From Thermomicrobiales bacterium (lineage in GTDB: Bacteria > Chloroflexota > Chloroflexia > Thermomicrobiales > CFX8), in NCBI GenBank assembly GCA_023954495.1, contig JAMLIA010000002.1, positions 10,742 through 74,741 of the forward strand: 64,000 nucleotides of DNA, written 5' to 3'. The translations under genes and the position numbers were made by a program. The stretch's first letter is position 1; each line of letters opens with the position of its first letter. The notes beneath the pieces were generated by a model. That model saw nothing but the letters and a program-made list of their open reading frames with translations. It had not been told where the DNA came from and did no database searches. Of the stretch, positions 27,087 through 37,086 are shown in pieces.

Positions 27087-27267
27087 GTCGCCGCATTGTC
27101 CCAAACGAAGTGTCAACGGTACGGCGTCGAATCAGCAACGCCCCCTTGTGACGGCCATTATGAGTGCGTTGTCAATGGCAGGTTGGCTGCCGTGGGAACA
27201 ACTTGACATTGACAGCGCACTCACAGCGTATCCTTCTCCCGAACAGGTTGTATGAACGCGGAGAAGC

Positions 27268-27954
27268 ATGATGATCGACGATCCGGATTGGATTCCAGCA
27301 CCCGAATCCGCGCCACGCGAGCCGCTCGATCCTGGGTCGCTGGCTGACTTTGTCGAGCTCGTACGCGGCAGGCGGTCGGTGCGCCGTTTCGGGTCGGAAC
27401 CTGTCGCCGACGAGATCATCAATCGCGTGCTCGATGCCGGGTTGTGGGCTCCGTCTCCCCACGGCACTCAGCCCTGGCGCTTCGCCGTCCTCCAGTCCCT
27501 TGAGACGCGGTCGCGTCTGGCAGTTGCGATGGCGGCGAGCTGGCGACACAACCTGGCAATGGACGGAGACCCGGAGGACGTCATCCAGGCACGGCTCAGC
27601 GGATCGCACCGTCGCCTCGTTGAGGCTCCGACGCTCATTCTGGTTTCGCTCTACACTCAGGATCTGGATCGTTACCCCGATGCTGAACGCGCCGCAGCCG
27701 AGCGGACGATGGCTGTCCAGAGTCTCGGTGCGTGCGTCCAGAATATGCTGCTGGCTGCCTACGCAAACGGCATCGACGCCGGTTGGATGTGTGCCCCGCT
27801 CTTCTGCCCCGAGGTCGTTGTTGCTGCCCTTGATCTGGATGAGGCGCTCGTGCCGCACGCGCTCATTGCGCTCGGACACGCAGCCGCCGATCCGAAGCGT
27901 CGCCCGCGTCGCTCCCGAGACACATTGATTGTCTTTGATGACCGCAGGCAATGA
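27268..27954 (+). CDS. Nitroreductase-fold flavoprotein, resembling the FMN-binding C-terminal domain of FbiB-type enzymes
   Basis: RRSVRRFGSEPVADEIINRVLDAGLWAPSPHGTQPWRFAVL is a nitroreductase signature. A GGAGAAG SD precedes the ATG. The sub-family assignment is tentative. Confidence 0.8.
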   Translation: MMIDDPDWIPAPESAPREPLDPGSLADFVELVRGRRSVRRFGSEPVADEIINRVLDAGLWAPSPHGTQPWRFAVLQSLETRSRLAVAMAASWRHNLAMDGDPEDVIQARLSGSHRRLVEAPTLILVSLYTQDLDRYPDAERAAAERTMAVQSLGACVQNMLLAAYANGIDAGWMCAPLFCPEVVVAALDLDEALVPHALIALGHAAADPKRRPRRSRDTLIVFDDRRQ

Positions 27955-28202
27955 CGACTCAATCAGAGAATCCATATTAACCTGTACAAACTGTCATGTA
28001 TCGCGTATGATGTGCATGCTTGCTGTGCATGTCTGATTTGCGGGTGTGACGCACCTGACAACGTACGCCATTTTGCTGGGTGACGGAGTGTTGCCGGGCG
28101 GATGTGGTGTGCCTGGTGTGCGCGCGAGCGTGCGTCAGTTGAGGGGAGAACGGGCGGTCGGACCTGTTCCGCCGAATCTCTCCGTCGTGTCAGGATCGTC
28201 GC

Positions 28203-31082
28203 ATGCCACGAGGTGTTGTGCTGGTATCGGTGGTTGTCCTTGTCGCGTCGCTTTTTGCAGCGCTCACACCGACGCCGACAAGCGCGCGAAGCTCGCAGGC
28301 CGAGTACGTGTCTGGTGAGCTCCTGGTCAAGTTCCGCAAGGGGACAGATAGCAAGCTGATGACAGACGCGCACCGCAACGCACGTGGAGTGCTCAAACGC
28401 AGCATTTCCAAAGTCGGTGTTGATGTCGTCGCCGTGACTCCCGGGCAGGAAAGTGCGCGGATCGCTGATTACCTGCGCAATCCCAACGTTGAGTTTGCTG
28501 AGCGAAACGGGATCTATTCCGCAGTCGCAACGCCAAATGATCCGCGAGTCAGCGAACAGTGGCATCTGGAGAATGGCGGACAAGGCAGCGGAATTGCCGA
28601 TTCGGACATTGATGCCTACGCGGCCTGGGATGTAACCAGTGGCTCCGTCGCAATTGCGATTCTCGATACGGGCATCGACACGTCACATCCGGACTTGTCC
28701 GGAAAAATCTCGAAGTCAGTGAACTTCAGTAGCAGCCCGTCAGCCCTGGACGTTAACGGGCACGGGACGCACGTGGCTGGCATTGTTGCTGCCAGGACTG
28801 GCAATGGTGTCGGTGTGGCCGGCGTCTGTCCAGGCTGCACCATCTTCAATGTGAAAGTCCTGGCCGACAATGGTAACGGCTCGTGGGCCGGTATCGTCGA
28901 AGGAATCTATTGGGCTGTCGACAACGGTGCCAAGGTCATCAACATGAGCCTCGGCGGGACCGCGTCGTCGTCATCACTGTCGTCAGCGATCAATTACGCC
29001 TGGAGTCGTGGCGTGGTCGTCGTGGCCGCTGCCGGTAATGAAAGCTCGACCTCCGCGTTCTATCCTGCCTATCTGCCGAACGTCATCGCTGTGGCGTCAA
29101 CCAACAATCGCGATCAGAAGTCGAGCTTTTCGAACTACGGCACCTGGGTCAGCGTGGCTGCACCTGGCGAGTCCATCCTCTCGACGGTACGCGGCACCTC
29201 CTACGGACTGAAGAGCGGCACGTCGATGGCCTCGCCGGTCGTCGCCGGACTGGCCGGACTGGTCTGGTCAACACCCTACGGAACCAGCAATACCGCCGTG
29301 CGCAACCGAATTGAACAGACCTCCGAAGCGATCAGTGGCACCGGCTCGCGGTGGCTGAACGGTCGTGTCAATGCATGCAAGGCCGTCGGTGGTGTCTGTG
29401 ACGGCGTCGCTGGTGGGCCGGAAGTGACCCTCGTCTCGCCGCGTGAAGGCGCGGTCCTGACGGCTGACGGCTCGACGCAGCGGCTGCAGCTCCGTGCGGT
29501 CGACCCGACGACGCCGGAAGGATCGCTGAATGTCCAGTTCCGCATAGATGGCGGTAGCTGGAATGCAGCGACCTACAACACTTCCCGGCAACTCTATGAG
29601 TGGAACTGGGGACTCGATGGCGTCAGCGTCGGCAGCCACCAGGTGGAAGCTCGCGCCACGAACGGATCGGGCGGCTCGACGCTGAGCGCGCCGTCGGGTG
29701 TCCGCGTCACGCATCAGTTTGCGCTCCCCGGCTCCTTCGAGGCCGAGGACTACCATCGCTACTTCGACACGACAGCCGGAAACAGCGGCGGCGCGTACTG
29801 GGTCGACGATGTCGACAAGACGACGTGCGCAGACGGTTCCGGCTGTATCTCCGTCACCGACATTGAGTCCGCCGAGTGGCTGTCCTACAAGGTCAGTGTC
29901 CCTGCAGCAGGTGACTACGTCTTTACGTTCCGCACTGCCACGCCGCGAACCAACGCGACGCTGACTGTGCTGGTCGACGATGTCGATGTGTCCGGCGCGG
30001 TTTCAATTCAGCCGACTGGCGGCTGGAGCACCTGGGGCGACACGACGTCTGCGGCAATTCGTCTGCAGTCTGGCGCTCAGATTGTGAAGTTCCTGTTCGG
30101 TCACACCGGCACGAACCCGGGGAGCTTGCTGAATCTCAACCGCGTCAGTGTTGCGCTGGCCGGTGATCCGATCCCGAGCGAACCGACTGATGCGCCGCCG
30201 ACGGTGGCGATCACGAGCCCGACGCATGGAACGACGATCGTCGGTTCTGCCAGCCTCGTCGCGAGTGCAGATGATGACAACGGCCTGACGCAGGTCGAGT
30301 TCTTCGTCGATGGTGCGTCGGTTGGCAAAGACACGAGCTCGGCCGGCGGTTGGGCTGTCTCGTGGAACTCCGCCGCTGTTGCCGATGGGTCGCACGTCCT
30401 GACGGCGGTGGCGACGGACTCCGCCGACCAGACGACGATCTCAGCTGCCGTCACTGTCAATGTCGACAACATCAACGAGCTGCCGGTTCCGCAGCTTGGC
30501 GCGACCTGTAACGAGCTCGCTTGCTCGTTCAATAGCAACGGCTCCGCCGACCCGGACGGCCAGATCGTCTCGTATGCATGGACATTCGGAGACGGCGGAA
30601 CGGCGGTCGGGCCGAGCGCGACCCATGTGTATGGCGGGTCCGGCTCGTTCACGGTCACGCTGACCGTCACCGACAATCGCGGTGGCACGGCGACCAAGAG
30701 TCAGAGCGTGAACGTCACGGCAGCACCGCCACCGCCGCCGCCGCCGTCGACACTCAACATCGCCGATCTGGATGGCAAGCTCACCAGTTCGCGATCCGGT
30801 GCAAGCGTCACGATCACGATTCAGGTCGAGTCATCGACCGGCGTGGCTGTCGCAAATGCGACGGTCACCGGGACAGTGTCATATGGCCGCTCGTCAAAGA
30901 CGCTGTCGTGCCAGACGAGCTCGTCCGGCGTCTGCACGGTGTCGATCCCGTCGTTGACACCGAACGCCACTGTCGTGACGTTTGAGGTGACCAACGTCAC
31001 ACATGCGACACTCGCCTACGCGCCAGCAAACAACCATGATCCCGATCGTGATAGTGATGGGACAACGATCACCCTTCGCTAG
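28203..31082 (+). CDS. Secreted S8 subtilisin-family protease with an I9 prodomain, a CBM6/35-like module, Ig-like and PKD domains and a poly-Pro linker
   Basis: Prodomain is YVSGELLVKFRKG. Triad motifs are AILDTGIDTSHPDL, GHGTHVAGIVAA and SGTSMASPVVAGL. It also carries FEAEDYHRYFD (CBM-like), WTFGDGG...TVTLTVTDNRGG (PKD) and PPPPPPPS. Confidence 0.95.
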   Translation: MPRGVVLVSVVVLVASLFAALTPTPTSARSSQAEYVSGELLVKFRKGTDSKLMTDAHRNARGVLKRSISKVGVDVVAVTPGQESARIADYLRNPNVEFAERNGIYSAVATPNDPRVSEQWHLENGGQGSGIADSDIDAYAAWDVTSGSVAIAILDTGIDTSHPDLSGKISKSVNFSSSPSALDVNGHGTHVAGIVAARTGNGVGVAGVCPGCTIFNVKVLADNGNGSWAGIVEGIYWAVDNGAKVINMSLGGTASSSSLSSAINYAWSRGVVVVAAAGNESSTSAFYPAYLPNVIAVASTNNRDQKSSFSNYGTWVSVAAPGESILSTVRGTSYGLKSGTSMASPVVAGLAGLVWSTPYGTSNTAVRNRIEQTSEAISGTGSRWLNGRVNACKAVGGVCDGVAGGPEVTLVSPREGAVLTADGSTQRLQLRAVDPTTPEGSLNVQFRIDGGSWNAATYNTSRQLYEWNWGLDGVSVGSHQVEARATNGSGGSTLSAPSGVRVTHQFALPGSFEAEDYHRYFDTTAGNSGGAYWVDDVDKTTCADGSGCISVTDIESAEWLSYKVSVPAAGDYVFTFRTATPRTNATLTVLVDDVDVSGAVSIQPTGGWSTWGDTTSAAIRLQSGAQIVKFLFGHTGTNPGSLLNLNRVSVALAGDPIPSEPTDAPPTVAITSPTHGTTIVGSASLVASADDDNGLTQVEFFVDGASVGKDTSSAGGWAVSWNSAAVADGSHVLTAVATDSADQTTISAAVTVNVDNINELPVPQLGATCNELACSFNSNGSADPDGQIVSYAWTFGDGGTAVGPSATHVYGGSGSFTVTLTVTDNRGGTATKSQSVNVTAAPPPPPPPSTLNIADLDGKLTSSRSGASVTITIQVESSTGVAVANATVTGTVSYGRSSKTLSCQTSSSGVCTVSIPSLTPNATVVTFEVTNVTHATLAYAPANNHDPDRDSDGTTITLR

Positions 31083-31095
31083 CTCACTACCGTAG

Positions 31096-31145
31096 GAACG
31101 AACGCGCCAGCCGCCCGGAATCTCTCGGGCGGCTGGCGCTCGTTC
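31096..31145 (+). terminator. Terminator-like hairpin after the S8 protease gene
   Basis: GAACGA-ac-GCGCCAGCCGCCCG / CGGGCGGCTGGCGC-TCGTTC forms a 14+6 bp stem around the loop GAATCTCT. A perfect TATAAT (31156-31161) follows it. Confidence 0.6.
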
Positions 31146-31203
31146 GATAGACCCGTATAATGTCCCCCCGCCGACGAAACGGCGTGGTTGGGGAGGGGTT
31201 CAT

Positions 31204-32397
31204 GTGAGCGAGGCCGAGGCGGCATCACTGAGCGACCGCACGCGCGGTCGATCGGCGCTGATGGTCACATCTGGCATTCACCTCACCAACGACGCCTGCT
31301 TCGCCCTCCTCTATCCGTTGTTACCGTTCATCTCAGATGACCTGGGACTGTCGTACGCGCAGGTCGGCTTGATGAAGGCGGTCTTCTCTGGTGCGTCGAG
31401 TGTGCTGCAAATCCCGGCCGGCGCTGTGGGTTCGCGGTATGGAGAGATGTTCGTCCTCCTGCTCGGCAATGCCTGGGTTGGCCTGGGCTTGATCCTGATG
31501 GCGCTGACCGGCGGCTTCTTGACGTTGCTGGTTGCAGCCGGGCTGGGCGGGATCGGCGGCAATGCCCAGCACCCACTTGCGTCGTCGCTGGTCTCTCGCG
31601 CTGTCCCGCCACGGCAGATGGCGACTGCGCTCGGAACGCTGAACTTCAGTGGCGATGTCGGCAAGCTCATCGGCCCGTTCGTCGCCGGCATTGTCGCGAC
31701 ACAATTCGGTTGGCGGATTGCGTTGGGAAGTGTCGGCGCATTCACCGTGCTGTTCTCGCTGGCGTTGCTGTTGCGCGGACGCACCAATGGACAGCAGCGT
31801 GAACGCCGCAAGACGACGGGCGAGGCAGAGATACGGAGTCCGTTCAAGCGCGGCTTCACGAATGTCGTCGTCGCGGGCGCGCTGGATACGGCGACACGCG
31901 GCGCGGCGCTGACCTTCCTGTCCTTTGTGCTGGTCAACAAGGGCTTTAGTGCTGCTGCAGTCAGTGCGCTGTTCGCCGTGATCTTCGCAGGTGGTGCGGC
32001 GGGCAAGTTCCTCTGCGGCTGGATGACCGATCGCTGGGGCGCGTTGACGGTCATCGTCCTGACTGAGTCGGTCACGGCTGTGGCGCTGATCGCCATTTAT
32101 CGTGGCCCGGTCTGGTCGACCATTCCGCTGGTTGCTATCCTGGGATTCATGCTGAACGGCACATCGTCGGCGCTCAACGTCAGCGTCGCGCAATTCGTTC
32201 CGTCGACTGAGCGTGCGCGCGGCTACGGCGTCTACTTCACTGCTGCGCTAGTCAGCTCGTCCGTCTCTCCATTGGCGTTCGGTGTGCTCGGCGATGCCGC
32301 CGGACTGGGTGTCGTCTTCGCGGGCATCGCGCTAATGACGATCGCGGTTATCCCCGCTGTCCTGCCGGTGCGCAACGGTCTCGATCCCGTGATCTAA
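31204..32397 (+). CDS. MFS transporter
   Basis: 12-TM profile. GTG start follows a GGGGAGGGG SD. The loop 2-3 region has the typical MFS pattern. Confidence 0.85.
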   Translation: MSEAEAASLSDRTRGRSALMVTSGIHLTNDACFALLYPLLPFISDDLGLSYAQVGLMKAVFSGASSVLQIPAGAVGSRYGEMFVLLLGNAWVGLGLILMALTGGFLTLLVAAGLGGIGGNAQHPLASSLVSRAVPPRQMATALGTLNFSGDVGKLIGPFVAGIVATQFGWRIALGSVGAFTVLFSLALLLRGRTNGQQRERRKTTGEAEIRSPFKRGFTNVVVAGALDTATRGAALTFLSFVLVNKGFSAAAVSALFAVIFAGGAAGKFLCGWMTDRWGALTVIVLTESVTAVALIAIYRGPVWSTIPLVAILGFMLNGTSSALNVSVAQFVPSTERARGYGVYFTAALVSSSVSPLAFGVLGDAAGLGVVFAGIALMTIAVIPAVLPVRNGLDPVI

Positions 32398-34484
32398 CCG
32401 ACGTGAACCGCCGGCCGACGCTCCGGATCAGGCTCGGCCTTACGCAGAATTTCGTGTGTGAGCGGTGCGATATCACCCTCACCAAAGAGAATAAACCGCG
32501 CCAGATATTTCAGCGGGTTCCCCTCCGTCCAGCCAAAATAGACGTGCGGGATTGAGCCGGTACGATCTCGCGCGTAGAGCGAAAACGCGGCGATTGCGTT
32601 CGGCACTGCTGCCGCACGGGCGCGCAGCACGTGGTAATCGCCGATCATCTCGCCGCGTATATCGAGCGTTGGCGCGAACTCGGAAGCGTCGCCGATCTCA
32701 ACCTCAAGGAAGAGCGCCGCTGCCCCGCCGGGGATGTGGTGGTCGGCGCGCTGCTCGCGTAGCTTGAGCAAGTAGGCGCGCGGCGTGCGGGCGTCCGGGT
32801 GGTTGGCGATGAGACGTACCGGTCCGTGCATTGCCGCTTCCAGCAGCATGCGCTCGGCGGCAGCGTCCAATTTGACCTCATCGACACGCAACTCGGTGGC
32901 TCGGAACACACGCGAGAGGAGCGACGTCACGATAATCGCGCCGATGAAGAACGAGGCGATCTTGACGCCGTCTGGTCGCTCGAACACATTGACGATCGTT
33001 GTGTAGATGAACACGATCATGATCGCGCCGAAGACGATCGTGCGTGGACGCGAGGCCTTTCGCAGCTTCAGCAGGAACACGGCAATCGCACCGGAAGACA
33101 TCAGTACCAGCACGCCGGTGGCGTAGGCACCGCCCTGGGCATCGACGTCGGCACGGAACCAGATGGTGACGGCGAACGCGATAGCGGTGAAGACCACGAC
33201 GAGCGGGCGGATGGTGCGCGCCCAGTCGGGTGCCATGCCGTAGCGCGGCAGATAGCGCGGCACGATGTTCAGCAACCCGGCCATCGCCGATGCGCCGGCA
33301 AACCACAAAATCAGGATCGTGCTGATGTCGTACACGGTGCCAAAGCCGTTGCCGAGGTACTCGTGCGCCAGGAATGCCAGCGCTCGACCGTTCGCTTCGC
33401 CGCCGGCTTCAAACTGTTCTTCCGGGATGAGCATGATCGTCGTGAAGCTACTGGTGATCAGAAAGAACGTCATGATGAGCGCCGCCGTACGCAGCAGCTT
33501 GCGCGTATTGCGAATGCGCCCAAGCGGGCGTTGTTCGGTGTCGCTCGGATCGCCCTTGACCAACGGCATCACGGCCACGCCGGTCTCGAAGCCGGACAGG
33601 CCAAGCGCCAGACGCGGGAACAGGATGAGCGCAATCGCAATCATCATGAGCGGATTGCTGTGCTCCAGCGTCAGCCGATTCCACCAGTCGTTGACCAGCG
33701 TCGGATGATCGAGCAAATGCATCAGGCTGACCGCAATGACCACGACATTCAGCGCCAGGTACGCAACGACAAGAACGACCGCGATCCCGATCGCCTCAGT
33801 GAAGCCCTTCAGGAACACCGCGCAGAGGACTGAGATGAGCAGCAGCGTGATCAACACCTGATGCCCGGCAAACACGTCGAGCATGTAGGGGTTCTCGCGG
33901 ATGTGTGCTGTTGCGTCCGCTGACGACAGCGTGATCGTGATGATGAAGTCGGTCGCGGCGAATCCGAGAAGCGCCAGAACGAACAGCTTCCCCTGCCACC
34001 AGGCGAGCAATCGCTCCAGCATCGCAATCGAGCCCTCGCCGTGCGGGCTGCGCTCAGCGACGATGCTGTAGATCGGGTACGCACCGAGCAGTGTCAGCAG
34101 GATGAGGACGAGCGTGGCGAAGGGGGCCAGCGCCCCGGCGGCCAGTGCTGCGATACCGGGCTGATAGCCGAGCGTAGAGAAATAGTCCAGACCGGTGAGG
34201 CACATGACCTTCCACCACGAATGGATTTCCTCGGCGGCGGTTGTTGAGCCTTCCTCAGCGGCGGGCGATTTCAGCAGCCAGCGACCAATACGCGTCTGCC
34301 GCGGACCTTTGCGCGTTCGGAGAAAGGTTCTGTTGCCCTCCTGCACGACAATGTCGTCGGACCGCAGTACACGAATGCGTCGGTCGCCTGGCCGTGTTCC
34401 TTCGCGCTCAATGTAGTGAGCCTTCCGCTTGTGGCGGAAGTCGTGTGGTGAGTTCGATAGGTCCGGTTCGTCAGCGCCGTTCAT
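32394..34484 (-). CDS. APC-superfamily-like permease with a large cytoplasmic C-terminal domain
   Basis: 696 aa: a hydrophilic N-terminus, about 12 TM segments ([23 protein letters not shown]...), then a ~200-aa soluble tail. The family call rests on overall architecture only. Confidence 0.65.
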   Translation of the reverse strand: MNGADEPDLSNSPHDFRHKRKAHYIEREGTRPGDRRIRVLRSDDIVVQEGNRTFLRTRKGPRQTRIGRWLLKSPAAEEGSTTAAEEIHSWWKVMCLTGLDYFSTLGYQPGIAALAAGALAPFATLVLILLTLLGAYPIYSIVAERSPHGEGSIAMLERLLAWWQGKLFVLALLGFAATDFIITITLSSADATAHIRENPYMLDVFAGHQVLITLLLISVLCAVFLKGFTEAIGIAVVLVVAYLALNVVVIAVSLMHLLDHPTLVNDWWNRLTLEHSNPLMMIAIALILFPRLALGLSGFETGVAVMPLVKGDPSDTEQRPLGRIRNTRKLLRTAALIMTFFLITSSFTTIMLIPEEQFEAGGEANGRALAFLAHEYLGNGFGTVYDISTILILWFAGASAMAGLLNIVPRYLPRYGMAPDWARTIRPLVVVFTAIAFAVTIWFRADVDAQGGAYATGVLVLMSSGAIAVFLLKLRKASRPRTIVFGAIMIVFIYTTIVNVFERPDGVKIASFFIGAIIVTSLLSRVFRATELRVDEVKLDAAAERMLLEAAMHGPVRLIANHPDARTPRAYLLKLREQRADHHIPGGAAALFLEVEIGDASEFAPTLDIRGEMIGDYHVLRARAAAVPNAIAAFSLYARDRTGSIPHVYFGWTEGNPLKYLARFILFGEGDIAPLTHEILRKAEPDPERRPAVHVG

Positions 34485-34922
34485 GTCGATAGCGCCCGTA
34501 CTCGATGCCCCCGGCGAAATTGCGGCAAAGCGGTGTCACGCATCGATGTAATAGCGACGACCTTCGCAACCATCATGTTTACCCCCCCACGCGCACACAT
34601 ATATCGCAGAGCGATATAGACCAGTAGTATACGCGCTCTGTCATCGATCGGACGGCACCATGGAAACGCAGGCTGGCCCACGTTGAGATAGCCACATCCT
34701 CGTCCCGGATGATCCGACAATGGATGCGGAGTGTTGCACCAGCCATACACAGCGTCAACTGTCCTTTGACACATTCTGCGGGCGTTCACCGGCGTTGCTC
34801 GTTGACGATCTGCATCATCGTTGTTACCTTCTGCAGCCAGCGTACCAACGCGAAACTGAGGCTGATTCGGTCGCTCCATCTGCGGCCGAGGACGTTCTGT
34901 GTGGAAAACAAAGAGGACAAGA

Positions 34923-37043
34923 ATGAGCCACCGGCTGCAGCGGTTGTTTTCTCCCGTTTCGGTTGCGGTTGTCGGCGTGTCGCCGAAGGGTGGTTATGGG
35001 CTGGGCACGGTCAGCAACCTTGAGCGGTTTGGATTCCCAGGCCGCATCTATCCAGTCAACCCGCGCTACGACGAAATCGACGGGCGGCAGGCGTGGCCGA
35101 ATCTGGCGAGCTTGCCCGAGCCAGTTGACGCAGTCGGGATTTCCGTCCCTGCGCTGGCAACCCCGTCGATCATTCGTGAGGCGATTGAGGCGGGTGCCGG
35201 TGGGGCGGTTGCGTTCGCGGCCGGATTTGCCGAGGTCGGTGAAGAAGGCGCAGCGCTCCAGGCTGAGATCGCCGCAATGGGTCGCGAGACTGGCTTCCCG
35301 GTGATCGGCCCGAACTGCCTCGGCGTCGTGAACTACCTTGATTGCGCGCCGCTCTGGAGCATCACGCCGGGTGGTCGCACGGAGCCCGGCTCTGTCGCGC
35401 TCGTTGGGCAGAGCGGCAACATCCTGCTCTCACTCATGTCGTCGATCAATTGCCCGCCGCTGGCGTACGCTGTGTCCTGTGGCAACCAGACTGTTGTCGA
35501 CGCGGTTGAGATCATGGACTACTTCCTCGAAGACGCGCGCGTCCGCGTCATCGTCGCTGTGCTGGAAGGCATTCGTGACGTGCCCGGATTTCGGCGGATG
35601 GCCGCGCGGGCGGCTGAACGCGAGGTGCCGATCGTTGCGCTGAAGCTCGGACGCTCCGAGCGCGGCAGTCGCGCGGCCATCGCCCATACCGGCTCGATGA
35701 CCGGCGCGTCGCATCTCGTCGAAGCGCTGTTTGCGGAGTGTGGCGTCATTCGCGTGGATGACCTCGGCGAGGCCGGTGCCACCGCTGCCCTGCTCGCGGC
35801 TCCTCGGCGTCCGAACGGCATGGGTCTGGGGGTGACGGCGAGCTCGGGTGGTGAGTGCGGTTTAGTCTCTGACCTGGCAACTGAGGCCGGACTTGTCCTA
35901 CCCGAATTGCAGGCTGCGCAGCGTGAAAAGGTCGTGCCCCTCCTGCCATCATTCGCGCGTCCATCCAATCCACTCGACATTACCGCTGTCGGTTGGGGTG
36001 TCCGCGAGATCTCGCGTGAGACGGTGAGTGCCCTCGTGAATACGCCCGGCGTCGATCTTGTCGCCAGCATCGGACAGGCGTCGACCTACTCGGGTCCGAT
36101 GGCCGATATCGGATGGGAACCGATGGTCGCTGGCCTTGGCGACGCGGCAGCCAACGGTAACGTGCCGGTTGTCCTGATTAGCACCATCACTGATGTTCAG
36201 GTGGAACTTGCGCAGGCGTTGGCCGAACACGACATTCCGGTTCTGGCTGGAACACGGACCGCCATTCGGTCGATTGCGAACGCCGGGCGCTACGCCGTCT
36301 GGCTCCGCGAACGTGCTGCGCCAGCCGAGCCACATGCGATCGACGAGCAGCGTCGAGCCAGGGCGCTCAAGCTGCTACAACCTGTCGGCAGCGGTGGCGT
36401 TTCGGAATCGGTCAGCAAGCAGATTGCAGCACTCTACGGCATCCCGATTCCGGAGGGCGAGCTGGCGATATCGCCCGAGGCAGCCCGCGACATCGCCGAG
36501 CGGATCGGTTTTCCGGTAGTTCTGAAGATCGAGGCTGAAGACCTGCACCACAAAACCGAGGTCGGCGGTGTTGTTGTTGGTGTCTCGACGGGTGACGAAG
36601 TCATGGCAGCGTATGAATTACTCACGCAGCGCGTCGCCGTTGCGCGTCCGGACGCGGCCATCACCGGCGTCAGGGTCGAGCGGATGGTTGGCGGCGGCGT
36701 TGAGCTCGTCGTCGGTGGTACTCGCGACGAGCTGTTTGGCCCGGTCGTCGTCATCGGAGCTGGCGGCATTCTCGTCGAGGTGCTGCACGATACCGCCCAC
36801 CATCTCGCGCCGGTGGACGCGCCGACTGCGAAGCGCATGTTGCAGGGCTTGCGCAGCCGAGCGCTGCTGGACGGCTATCGCGGTGCAACACCAGCCGACG
36901 TTGACGCTGTGGCCAGCGCTATCGCCGGAGTGTCTGCGCTGCTGACCGAGCTGCCGGAAGTGCGTGAGCTCGACATCAACCCGCTCGTTGCGCTTGAGAG
37001 CGGGAAGGGGTGCGTTGCGCTCGACTGTCTACTCGTTGTGTAG
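34923..37043 (+). CDS. ADP-forming acyl-CoA synthetase (acetate--CoA ligase family, fused alpha/beta: CoA-binding plus ATP-grasp)
   Basis: LFSPVSVAVVGVSPKGGYG...IYPVNPRY is the CoA-binding domain. The C-terminal ATP-grasp reads IGFPVVLKIEAEDLHHKTEVGGVVVGV. I chose the ATG at 34923 because an AAGAGGA SD precedes it. Confidence 0.88.
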   Translation: MSHRLQRLFSPVSVAVVGVSPKGGYGLGTVSNLERFGFPGRIYPVNPRYDEIDGRQAWPNLASLPEPVDAVGISVPALATPSIIREAIEAGAGGAVAFAAGFAEVGEEGAALQAEIAAMGRETGFPVIGPNCLGVVNYLDCAPLWSITPGGRTEPGSVALVGQSGNILLSLMSSINCPPLAYAVSCGNQTVVDAVEIMDYFLEDARVRVIVAVLEGIRDVPGFRRMAARAAEREVPIVALKLGRSERGSRAAIAHTGSMTGASHLVEALFAECGVIRVDDLGEAGATAALLAAPRRPNGMGLGVTASSGGECGLVSDLATEAGLVLPELQAAQREKVVPLLPSFARPSNPLDITAVGWGVREISRETVSALVNTPGVDLVASIGQASTYSGPMADIGWEPMVAGLGDAAANGNVPVVLISTITDVQVELAQALAEHDIPVLAGTRTAIRSIANAGRYAVWLRERAAPAEPHAIDEQRRARALKLLQPVGSGGVSESVSKQIAALYGIPIPEGELAISPEAARDIAERIGFPVVLKIEAEDLHHKTEVGGVVVGVSTGDEVMAAYELLTQRVAVARPDAAITGVRVERMVGGGVELVVGGTRDELFGPVVVIGAGGILVEVLHDTAHHLAPVDAPTAKRMLQGLRSRALLDGYRGATPADVDAVASAIAGVSALLTELPEVRELDINPLVALESGKGCVALDCLLVV

Positions 37044-37086
37044 TTTTCGCGTCTTGAAGGGCTATACTCTTCCGCTGGGAGGGAAC

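Noticed and set aside
31156-31161. A perfect TATAAT 43 nt upstream of the MFS gene start, considered as a promoter.
   Set aside because: There is no acceptable -35 or TG extension at the right spacing, because the upstream bases are the terminator hairpin. It is plausible but too weak to list as a feature.
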